A stretch of DNA of 64,000 nucleotides from Alphaproteobacteria bacterium (lineage in GTDB: Bacteria > Pseudomonadota > Alphaproteobacteria > M2410), in NCBI GenBank assembly GCA_006226305.1, contig SBHG01000127.1:1367-65366 (forward strand), in the 5' to 3' direction. Position numbers and translations under genes: made by a program. Positions 52,478-60,768 of the stretch are shown in pieces. The stretch's first letter is position 1; each line of letters opens with the position of its first letter. The notes beneath the pieces are model-generated. The model had not been told where the DNA came from. It searched no databases and saw only the letters and a list, made by a program, of their open reading frames with translations.

Positions 52478-52485
52478 TTAACCAT
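52478..52485 (+). promoter_or_regulatory. TTAACCAT octamer (CtrA half-site / SciP-type motif)
   Basis: gTTAACCATa. About 80 nt upstream (relative to the minus strand) of the sigma-54-type element at 52388-52403. Confidence 0.35.
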
Positions 52486-52581
52486 AGCGCCAACAAAGAC
52501 GATGCCCCTCTTGAAGGCATCAGCCGCCTTCGGCCTGACCCAGATTGGTGCAGCCGTGACGCGCGCGATGGCTGACTGGTC

Positions 52582-54219
52582 TCACCCCTCCCGGAAGGCA
52601 TGCAAGAGGGTTTTCTTGACCGGCCCCAGGAGGTACCCCAGCAGGGTTTGCTCGCCGGTCACAATCATGACCTCGGCGGGCATGCCAGACGACAGGGTAA
52701 CCTCCTCGCCTAATGCTTCCAGGGTCTCACGGTCGATGGCGACCGTCGCGCGGAAATAGGCCTGACCGGTGGCTTGATCAATGAGCCGGTCCGCTGAAAC
52801 ATTGGTCACGGTTCCTTTGATACGCGGCATATTGCGCTGGCTATAGGCGGGCAGGTGAACCTGTGCTTCCAGGCCCTGATGCACCACATCAATGTCCATG
52901 GGGGATACCCGAGCCTCGATGACCAGATCCTCGTTCTCCGGGACGATGTCCATCAGCGGCTGGCCTGGGCCAATGATGCCGCCAGCGGTGTGCACCTTAA
53001 GGTCCACCACGTGACCGGAAACCGGTGCGGTGATCTGAATGCGGTTCAGGATATCTTCGCTGGCCGCCATGCGCTCTCCGGCTTGGGCCAGATCGGTTTG
53101 TACATTGGAGAGCTCTTCGGCCACCTTGTTTTGCAAACCGGTGTCAGCGGCGATGAGCTGCAATTCGGTCTCTCCGATAGCCTGGAGAGTGCGGGACACG
53201 GCGGCGCGATTAGCGCCAAGGCCGGATCTGATTTCCGCCTCGCCGCGCTGCAGGGCCAGAAGCCGCGGCGTACGCTCAAGGCCCTTGTTGACCAGAGACT
53301 GAACCCCTGCGATTTCCTTGCCGATGAGTTCAAGTTGCCGGGCCTGACCTTCAATCTGCGCTTCCAGACCTTTGACCTCTTCATTGAGCTGATCGATCTT
53401 GCTTGAAAGAACGGCCTTGCTATCTGCATGCGCGCGGCGCTGGGTTGCCAGAAGTTGTCGCTGGGTGTCGAGAACTTCATAAACCTTGGGGTCGCGGGCG
53501 CGCTCCAGCAACCAGCCCGGGAAAGTGATATGCTCGGCCCCGGTCTGCAAGGCCAGAAGGCGGGCCTGCTGGGCGGCACGCGTGTAATATTGTGTGGCAA
53601 TCAGCTCGTAAGACGCGCGGGCCATGGTGTCTTCCAGAAGGATCAAGGGATCGCCAACTTTAACCTCGGAGCCTTCTTCGATGAGGATGCGGTCGATGAT
53701 ACCGCCTTCAAGGTGCTGGATGGTTTTGCGCGAACCGAGCGGCGAAATGACCCCCGGCGCGATGGCGGCGGAGGAAAGCGGCGCGAAAGAAGACCATAGA
53801 ATTAGAAACCCCAGGAAGGCGGCCAGAGCAACAAAGCCGCGCCGCTCTTCTTTTGCGATCAGGGCGCGAAGGTCGAGCGGTTTGGGCGGGACCGGATGAT
53901 TTGCGCGCTTGTCATGCAGCGCCATATCACGCCCGGTTTCAACAGCTGCGGGCAGGTTTTGCGAGGCCAGGGCGCTGGTCTCACCATCTTCAAAGCGTGC
54001 CAAGGCCCCTTTCAACCAGTTCTGCACCGCGCGCGCGCCTTTTGGCAGTCTCGACTTTTTTGTGAAGTCGTCCGCATCCTCTGGCGCGTTGCCACGCAGT
54101 TCACGGTCAAAGGCGTGGACATTGGAGGTCGCTTGGTCCTCAGCCGGTTTTTCAAGATCGTCGGTATTTTTTCCTGATGTTTTTGAAAGTCGCGCCAGGG
54201 CGGCTCGGATGTCACTCAT
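52582..54219 (-). CDS. HlyD-family type I secretion membrane-fusion protein (PrsE/LapC-like)
   Basis: One TM helix after about 120 aa of cytoplasmic N-terminus. Long coiled coils and a C-terminal HlyD barrel region. ATGA overlap with the ABC gene. Confidence 0.9.
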   Translation of the reverse strand: MSDIRAALARLSKTSGKNTDDLEKPAEDQATSNVHAFDRELRGNAPEDADDFTKKSRLPKGARAVQNWLKGALARFEDGETSALASQNLPAAVETGRDMALHDKRANHPVPPKPLDLRALIAKEERRGFVALAAFLGFLILWSSFAPLSSAAIAPGVISPLGSRKTIQHLEGGIIDRILIEEGSEVKVGDPLILLEDTMARASYELIATQYYTRAAQQARLLALQTGAEHITFPGWLLERARDPKVYEVLDTQRQLLATQRRAHADSKAVLSSKIDQLNEEVKGLEAQIEGQARQLELIGKEIAGVQSLVNKGLERTPRLLALQRGEAEIRSGLGANRAAVSRTLQAIGETELQLIAADTGLQNKVAEELSNVQTDLAQAGERMAASEDILNRIQITAPVSGHVVDLKVHTAGGIIGPGQPLMDIVPENEDLVIEARVSPMDIDVVHQGLEAQVHLPAYSQRNMPRIKGTVTNVSADRLIDQATGQAYFRATVAIDRETLEALGEEVTLSSGMPAEVMIVTGEQTLLGYLLGPVKKTLLHAFREG

Positions 54220-55928
54220 TGACCGCGTCCTCCCTGCACCACGCGCTTGGCGCTCATCTTCTGAATGACTTCCTCACAAGGACCGAACATCTGAACCTCG
54301 CCGTTTTGCAAGAGCAAAAGTTTGTCAACATGAGAAATCACGGAGGAGCGGTGCGCGACCATGACAATGGCGGTGCCCTTGGCGCGCAGTTGATCAAGCG
54401 CGCGCATAAGCGCGGCTTCGCCCTCCTGATCGAGATTAGAGTTTGGCTCATCCAGTATGAGCAGGCAGGGATCGCCATAGAGCGCGCGGGCCAGGCCAAT
54501 GCGCTGAAGCTGACCACCCGACAAAACATGCGCACCCTGTTTGACCTTTGTGTCATAGCCTTCGGGCAGCCGCAGGATCATGTCATGCACGCCGGCAAGT
54601 TTTGCCGCCTTGAGAACCTCGACACTGTCGGGATTGCCCATGCGGGCAATGTTGTCGGCGATGGTGCCGTCAAACAGATCAATAGCCTGGGGGAGATATC
54701 CCACGTGGGTGCCGAAATCAGACCGATCCCAGAGATGCACATCGGCGCCATCAAGACGCACATGACCGACCGTTGGCGGATAGATGCCGGCCAGCATGCG
54801 GCACAGCGTACTTTTGCCCGCCGCCGAGGGACCAATAATGGCAAGGGCCTCTCCTGGCTTTAAGGCGAAGGATATGTTGCGCAGAATAGGCTTGGCGACG
54901 CCCTTGGGCGCAAAGGAAAGCCCCTCCACCGAGACCTGCCCCTTCGGCTTGGCAAGGGCCATGCGTTCGGGCTCGGCCGGACAGGCCGCCAGGAGCTTGT
55001 TAAGCCGATCAAAGGCCGTTCGGGCGCTGACCCAGGCCTTCCAGGCACCAATAGATTGTTCAACCGGTGCCAGACCGCGGCCCAGCAAAATGGAGGCCGC
55101 AATCATGCCGCCCGAGGTGAGCTGCCCGCGTAGCACCAGCCAGGCGCCTGCTCCCATGATCCCGATCTGCAGAGCAAGTCGGAAGAATTTCGTCAGTCCA
55201 CTGATTTCTGCCGCACGGTCTCCGGCGTAGTTTTGGGCGGACAACACCTTGTTGTTTGCCTCAGCCCAGCGGCTCAAAAGATTGGGGCCAAGTCCCATGG
55301 CCTCGACCACCTCGGACTGGGCGATGGTTTTTTCTGCCTGATTGAACGCACTGACCTGGGCTTCGCTCGCCTGGCGCAAGGCGGTGCGGGTTGCCAGCTC
55401 GTTAAGCCAGGCAAGACCGAAAAGAATAGCCGCGCCCAGGGTTGCAATGACCCCGAGCAGAGGATGCAGGATGAAAATCAGCCCCAGGAAGAGCGGCACC
55501 CAGGGGGCGTCCAGCAAGGGAAAGATGGCCGGGCTGGCTCCGAAAGAGCGGATCTGAGCAAGATCGCGCAGAGGCTGCGCGCCCACCGGCGCCCCTTGCA
55601 ACGAAATCTTCATGGCGCCCGTCAGTACCGGCAGGGCCAGGGTCTGGTCGAGCCAGACACCAATGCGGGTCAGAAGGCGCTGGCGATAGGTATCCATCTG
55701 TCCGAGCACAAGAAGGGCAACCATGGCAATCGCGGTGAGCACCAAAAGCGTTTCGGTGCGACCAGAGGTCAGGACACGGTCAAAAACCTGCATCATGTAT
55801 ATCGGGGAGACCAGCATCAACAGGTTGAAGAAAAGCGAAAAGACCGCCACCGGCACAAATCCGCGGCGCGCCTCGCGCAAGGCCTTGGTCAGAAGGGTCA
55901 AAGACCCCGGGTGGACGGAACTGGACAT
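54216..55928 (-). CDS. type I secretion ABC permease/ATPase (PrtD/PrsD type, no C39 peptidase domain)
   Basis: The N-terminus runs straight into six TM helices. Walker A GPSAAGKST, signature LSGGQLQRIGLARAL and Walker B LLILDEPNSNLD. Confidence 0.9.
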   Translation of the reverse strand: MSSSVHPGSLTLLTKALREARRGFVPVAVFSLFFNLLMLVSPIYMMQVFDRVLTSGRTETLLVLTAIAMVALLVLGQMDTYRQRLLTRIGVWLDQTLALPVLTGAMKISLQGAPVGAQPLRDLAQIRSFGASPAIFPLLDAPWVPLFLGLIFILHPLLGVIATLGAAILFGLAWLNELATRTALRQASEAQVSAFNQAEKTIAQSEVVEAMGLGPNLLSRWAEANNKVLSAQNYAGDRAAEISGLTKFFRLALQIGIMGAGAWLVLRGQLTSGGMIAASILLGRGLAPVEQSIGAWKAWVSARTAFDRLNKLLAACPAEPERMALAKPKGQVSVEGLSFAPKGVAKPILRNISFALKPGEALAIIGPSAAGKSTLCRMLAGIYPPTVGHVRLDGADVHLWDRSDFGTHVGYLPQAIDLFDGTIADNIARMGNPDSVEVLKAAKLAGVHDMILRLPEGYDTKVKQGAHVLSGGQLQRIGLARALYGDPCLLILDEPNSNLDQEGEAALMRALDQLRAKGTAIVMVAHRSSVISHVDKLLLLQNGEVQMFGPCEEVIQKMSAKRVVQGGRGQ

Positions 55929-56170
55929 ATGCCTGGCAGAGGCCCCGAAAAAACAGTTGAAACAGGGCCGGACGAGCCCTCAAAAGCTCCCCGAATCCCT
56001 CACTTTTTAAGTCTTAACGATATTTCGTTTATAGGCTGTTAAGGATGCGGCCCTCGGTTTTCCATAAAACGCCTTAATGAGGGCACAGGCTGCTTGACGG
56101 GGGGCGCCAAGGCCCTATGCTCGCGAAAAAACGGCCCGTGCCGCCAAAAATAAAGAAAGACGCCCGCCCC

Positions 56171-57172
56171 ATGACCGTTCAGCCCTCTGCTTCTGATCTG
56201 ACCGCCTCCTCTGAGAAAAACCTAGCCGCCCCGCGTTGGCGCCGGGAAGAGGTGGTGCGCCTTTTTGAGCTGCCGTTTAATGATCTTTTGTTCCAGGCAC
56301 AGACGGTGCATCGGGAAAACTTTGACCCCAATGAAGTCCAGGTCTCCACGCTCCTTTCAATCAAGACCGGCGGCTGCGCCGAAAATTGCGGCTATTGCAA
56401 CCAAAGCGCCCATTTTGACACCGGCCTTGATGCCTCAAAAATGATGGAGGTTGAGCGGGTTTTGGCAGAAGCGCGGCAGGCCAAGGAAGCCGGTGCAACC
56501 CGCTATTGCATGGGCGGCGCCTGGCGGTCCCCCAAGGACCGCGACATGCCCATGCTGGCGGCCATGGTGACGGGCGTGCGCGAGATGGGTATGGAAACCT
56601 GCATGACCCTGGGCATGCTGTCGGATTCTCAAGTCGCCACTTTGAAAGAGGCTGGCCTTGATTATTACAATCACAATGTGGACACGTCTGAGGCCTATTA
56701 CGACAAGGTGGTAACCACGCGGACCTATCAGGACCGGCTCGACACCATTGAACGGGTGCGCGAGGCGGGCATTCACGTTTGCTCGGGCGGCATCATTGGC
56801 CTTGGCGAAGATGAAGGGGATCGCGCCGATATGTTGATGACATTGGCCAATCTGCCAGTACCGCCGGAAAGTGTGCCGATCAATATGCTGATCCGCGTCA
56901 AGGGCACGCCACTTGGCGAGGGAGACAATGTGGATTCTATTGAATTCATCAAGACCATAGCGGTGGCGCGGATCCTGATGCCAACCTCCATGGTGCGGCT
57001 GTCGGCGGGACGGCAAGCAATGAGCGATGAAATGCAGGCGCTTTGTTTTATGGCGGGCGCAAATTCCATCTTCCTCGGCGATAAATTGCTGACCACGGAC
57101 AATGCCAGCGTGTCACATGACGAGGCCCTGTTTGCCAAGCTGGGCCTGCGTCCCATGCCGCTTGCGCGATGA
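56171..57172 (+). CDS. bioB: biotin synthase
   Basis: Radical-[33 protein letters not shown] aligns with E. coli BioB. Start is either ATG 56171 or 56117. Confidence 0.9.
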   Translation: MTVQPSASDLTASSEKNLAAPRWRREEVVRLFELPFNDLLFQAQTVHRENFDPNEVQVSTLLSIKTGGCAENCGYCNQSAHFDTGLDASKMMEVERVLAEARQAKEAGATRYCMGGAWRSPKDRDMPMLAAMVTGVREMGMETCMTLGMLSDSQVATLKEAGLDYYNHNVDTSEAYYDKVVTTRTYQDRLDTIERVREAGIHVCSGGIIGLGEDEGDRADMLMTLANLPVPPESVPINMLIRVKGTPLGEGDNVDSIEFIKTIAVARILMPTSMVRLSAGRQAMSDEMQALCFMAGANSIFLGDKLLTTDNASVSHDEALFAKLGLRPMPLAR

Positions 57173-57206
57173 GCGTCTGCTCTTTGCACAGCTGAAGTTT
57201 AATCCT

Positions 57207-57845
57207 ATGCCTAAAGCTATTTTGTGGGACTTTGGCGGCGTCCTAACCTCGTCGCCCTTTGAAGCTTTTAACCGGTTTGAAAAAGAAAACGGGATCCCGC
57301 TTGATTTTATTCGCGGCGTCAACGCGACTAATCCGGATGCCAATGCCTGGGCGCAATTTGAGTCCAATCAGATCAGCCTCAGTGAATTCGACACGCTCTT
57401 TCTTGAGGAATCCGCAGCTCTGGGACATGCCATTGCCGGAGCGCGGGTGATCGAACTTTTGTCGGGCGATATCCGTCCTGAAATGGTGGCGGCGCTCGAA
57501 AGCTGCGCGGCGCAATTTAAGGTGGGCTGCATCACCAATAATGTGGCGGCGGGCAAAGGGGCCGGCATGGCGCGCTCAAGCGACAAGGCTTCCGCAGTGG
57601 CTCAGATCATGGCGCGCTTCGATGTGGTGATCGAAAGCTCGAAAGTGGGCATTCGAAAGCCCGACCCGAAGATCTATCAGATGGCCTGCGCGGCCCTGGA
57701 CGTTGCCCCGGAAGACGCCGTCTATCTCGATGATCTGGGGATCAATCTTAAGCCCGCGCGGGCGCTCGGCATGACCACCATCAAGGTGGGAGACCCGGCG
57801 ATCGCTCTTGAAGAGCTGGCGGCAGCGACCGGGCTGATTTTTTAG
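57207..57845 (+). CDS. HAD-superfamily hydrolase (epoxide-hydrolase-N-terminal-like phosphatase subfamily)
   Basis: ILWDFGGVL is HAD motif I (DxG variant context). C-terminal VYLDDLGINLKPA is motif IV. Confidence 0.8.
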   Translation: MPKAILWDFGGVLTSSPFEAFNRFEKENGIPLDFIRGVNATNPDANAWAQFESNQISLSEFDTLFLEESAALGHAIAGARVIELLSGDIRPEMVAALESCAAQFKVGCITNNVAAGKGAGMARSSDKASAVAQIMARFDVVIESSKVGIRKPDPKIYQMACAALDVAPEDAVYLDDLGINLKPARALGMTTIKVGDPAIALEELAAATGLIF

Positions 57846-57880
57846 CAGTTTTGAGCGGTTTTCATCCTCATCTAAGTTTC

Positions 57881-57919
57881 AAGTAAGCTTCAAGGGGTCA
57901 GACCCCTTGAAACTTACCT
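57881..57919. repeat. long imperfect hairpin (14 of 15 bp) without a U-tract
   Basis: gtaagcttcaagggg (57883-57897) pairs with ccccttgaaacttac (57903-57917), with one C:A mismatch and a 5-nt loop. Confidence 0.5.
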
Positions 57920-57920
57920 C

Positions 57921-57964
57921 GAAATCTCCTGAAATCTTGGGCGCTTGAAATCTGCTCAGAAATC
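57921..57964 (+). repeat. four direct GAAATC(T/A) heptamers spaced 10, 16 and 11 nt
   Basis: GAAATCT at 57921, 57931 and 57947, and GAAATCA at 57958. About 135-180 nt upstream of the diiron gene. Confidence 0.4.
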
Positions 57965-58098
57965 ACACCTCGTGGGGTATTCGTGACGCTGGCGTCATTT
58001 TTTCCTTGCCCGACATCGCGCCCCTCCCTAGATAGGAAAGGCAGGATTTTTCAATTTATTAACGACCCCAGCCCCGGGCTTTCGTCGAGGAGGATGAC

Positions 58099-59211
58099 AT
58101 GGCCAATCAAATTACCAAGGATGCTGCCTATAATACCGTGGCGCCAAACGACTTTAAGGCACTCATTGAAGTTGAGCGCTATGGCGACCGCTCCAGCGCC
58201 TTTGATAAAATTATCTCCGCGACCCACGATCATTTCTGGGACCCGCTCGACAAGAAATACATCGACTTCGACGACGACTTTGACCTCGATAAGCAGATGA
58301 TTCTGCCCGAAGACATGGTGCCCTCCCTGCAGCTCGACTATGTCCAGGAAAACCTCAAGGAAGAAGACAAAGTCCGCTTTGCCAACGAAATCGTGCGCTG
58401 GCAGGTGTCTTCCATTTTGCACGGCGAGCAGGGCGCGCTCTCCCTTTCAGCAAGCCTTTGCCACATTCTGCGCGACCCGGGCGCGCAGGAATATGCCGCT
58501 AATCAGGCGCGAGAAGAAGCGCGCCATGTGACAGCTTTCAATAAATATGTACAGGCGCGCTGGGGCACGCCGACCCCGGTCGGACAAACGCTTGGCGATC
58601 TCCTGCAGGAGATGGTGGGCGCCGAGGAAGTGTACAAAAAAATCGTCGGCATGCAGATGCTGGTCGAAGGGCTTGCCATGGGCGCCTTTGCAACCTTCTA
58701 CACCAAATCGAAGGATCCGCTTTTGAAAAAGCTCTGCCAGCTGGTGATGACCGATGAAGCCTTTCACCATAAGTTCGGCAAGATCTGGGCGGACCGCACC
58801 ATCCCCAAACTTGATGAGAGCGAACAACATCTCATCGAGGACTGGGCAGCCCATTGCTTCCAGACGCTGCTCTTTAATCTGGTCAATCCGGAGCAGATGC
58901 AGCTGGTCTATCAAAAATACGGCCTGGATTGGCAGAAGGTCGCGGAAGGTTTCCTGGAAATGTTTACCGACGAAACCCGCCGTGAACGCATGAAGGAAAG
59001 CACCGATATCTTCCGTGTCCTGATTAAGACACTCTTGAAGGCGGGCATTATCACCGATCGCACGAAAGGCTTTTATGCGGCCTATGTGGATATGGACGAG
59101 CTTAAGAACGAAGGCGACGAGATGGTCGGTGATGCCATTGCCGAAGAAGGCATCGAGTATCTGAAGACCGTGAACTTCCGCGAAGGCGGCTCGGTACTGG
59201 CAGCGGAATAA
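58099..59211 (+). CDS. ferritin-like diiron-carboxylate protein (AurF-like oxygenase fold)
   Basis: Two E...ExxH pairs: HGEQG...EEARH and LVEGL...TDEAFHH. GGAGG lies 6 nt before the ATG. Confidence 0.7.
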   Translation: MANQITKDAAYNTVAPNDFKALIEVERYGDRSSAFDKIISATHDHFWDPLDKKYIDFDDDFDLDKQMILPEDMVPSLQLDYVQENLKEEDKVRFANEIVRWQVSSILHGEQGALSLSASLCHILRDPGAQEYAANQAREEARHVTAFNKYVQARWGTPTPVGQTLGDLLQEMVGAEEVYKKIVGMQMLVEGLAMGAFATFYTKSKDPLLKKLCQLVMTDEAFHHKFGKIWADRTIPKLDESEQHLIEDWAAHCFQTLLFNLVNPEQMQLVYQKYGLDWQKVAEGFLEMFTDETRRERMKESTDIFRVLIKTLLKAGIITDRTKGFYAAYVDMDELKNEGDEMVGDAIAEEGIEYLKTVNFREGGSVLAAE

Positions 59212-59243
59212 CACCGCTTCCCGACAGTCTGAGATATTGAAAA

Positions 59244-59278
59244 GGCGGCACCTTGGAAAACAAGGTACCGCCTTTTTT
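59244..59278 (+). terminator. rho-independent terminator
   Basis: ggcggcaccttg / caaggtaccgcc stem (11 of 12 bp), GAAAA loop, then T6. Confidence 0.8.
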
Positions 59279-59592
59279 GCAGCGCGGGAGCAGAGATAGC
59301 GCGAGAGAGCTCACCGCACCGCGAAGAGTTGGACCCTTCCTTGGCGCTTCTTTGACGTCGCGCCACCCGAAACATCTGGCGCGAACAAAACGCGGGGAAG
59401 GATCCAAAGCGCGAGGCTCTTCGTGCCCAATCATTGAGCCTCGCTCCCCGAGAACCGCAAGACACCCCAAAACCCCGTGCGCAGCTCTCAAGGCCATGGC
59501 TATGCAGGAACCGGGCCAGCAGGTTTTTGCCAGAAATCCGCGATTGCGCCTGGTGTTAACGGCTCTTTATCGAACAGGGACTTCACGGTAGT

Positions 59593-60093
59593 GTGCCATT
59601 GATGAACAAACCGGCCGCAAGCGACGATCTGCCCGCGGATCTAACCAGTGGGCTCGACCTGCCTGTCAATGAACGGGCGGCGAATGTGGCGCGCGGGGTG
59701 CTGAGGCTGTTTCTGCAGATGGATATCCGCTGTGTTCTGGAACTTCCGATCAATAATGGGCGGCGTATTGATGTGGCCGGACTGGACCGGAAGGGACGCA
59801 TTATTTTTGTCGAAATCAAATCGAGCCTGAATGATTTTCGTACCGATAGCAAATGGCCAGAGTATCTGGATCATTGCGATGAATTTTTTTTCGCGGTGGA
59901 CACGGATTTTCCGCGCGAGGTGCTGCCGGAGGACTGGGGGCTTATCCTGGCGGACCGTTTCGGGGCGCAGGTGGTGCGCCCCTCGCCCAGCCAGAAAGTA
60001 CATGCCTCTCGTCGCAAAACGGTGACCCTGGATATCGCGCGCGCGGCAGCGGGTCGGCTGCAAACACTTCTGGAAGAGGATCTGTCGCCCTAA
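59593..60093 (+). CDS. mmcB: MmcB-family DNA repair protein (PD-(D/E)xK-like)
   Basis: RRIDVAGLDRKGRIIFVEIKSS...WPEYLDHCDEFFFAV resembles the Caulobacter MmcB family. Start is GTG 59593 or ATG 59602. Confidence 0.7.
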   Translation: MPLMNKPAASDDLPADLTSGLDLPVNERAANVARGVLRLFLQMDIRCVLELPINNGRRIDVAGLDRKGRIIFVEIKSSLNDFRTDSKWPEYLDHCDEFFFAVDTDFPREVLPEDWGLILADRFGAQVVRPSPSQKVHASRRKTVTLDIARAAAGRLQTLLEEDLSP

Positions 60094-60674
60094 CGTGGGG
60101 ACCGCTTGGCAAGGATGCGCTGCAATGTGCGCCGGTGCATGTTGAGCCGACGGGCGGTTTCAGAAACATTGCGGTCGCACAGCTCATAGACCCTCAAGAT
60201 ATGCTCCCAGCGAACCCGATCCGCGGACATGGGGTTTTCCGGCGGCTCGGGATTTTCGTCTGAACTTGACAAGAGCGCTTTTTCAACATCATCCGGGTCG
60301 GCGGGCTTGGCCAGATAATCAACAGCGCCGCGTTTAACAGCCGCCACGGCGGTGGCAATATTGCCGTAACCGGTGAGCATGACGACACGGGCGTCCGGGC
60401 GCTTGTCATGGATCAGCTCGACCACGTCCAGGCCGTTACCGTCTTCAAGGCGCATGTCAATCACACCGAAGGCCGGCGCGGCGCGGCGCACTTCTTCTGT
60501 GGCCTCAGCCACGGATTCCACGGCAATGACGTCAAATCCACGCTTTTCCATAGCCCGGGCCAACCGCTGCCGAAATGGGGCATCGTCATCCAAAATCATA
60601 AGGCTACGGTCTTCAGGCAGCTGATCGCTCTGGCTGCTTGCGGGCGCATCTGAGGTCATTGGGTCATCCTGCAT
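60090..60674 (-). CDS. regA: redox response regulator RegA/ActR/PrrA
   Basis: Receiver domain. The nearly invariant C-terminal HTH NVSETARRLNMHRRTLQRILAKRSPR is diagnostic for this family. Confidence 0.9.
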   Translation of the reverse strand: MQDDPMTSDAPASSQSDQLPEDRSLMILDDDAPFRQRLARAMEKRGFDVIAVESVAEATEEVRRAAPAFGVIDMRLEDGNGLDVVELIHDKRPDARVVMLTGYGNIATAVAAVKRGAVDYLAKPADPDDVEKALLSSSDENPEPPENPMSADRVRWEHILRVYELCDRNVSETARRLNMHRRTLQRILAKRSPR

Positions 60675-60768
60675 TTTCTTTTGATGTCATTGTAAACCGG
60701 GAGTGGCCCGTTTAAAAGGTCCGACCGACCGGAAACGACACTCTTTTGTTCCATTTATGCTCCTGCTT

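Noticed and set aside
55233-56042. 269-aa plus-strand ORF
   Set aside because: It is antisense to the T1SS ABC gene, which has Walker A, signature and Walker B motifs all present. It is Gly/Arg/Gln/His-rich.
58447-59214. 255-aa minus-strand ORF
   Set aside because: It is antisense to the diiron gene, which has a strong GGAGG ribosome-binding site, ExxH motifs and its own terminator.
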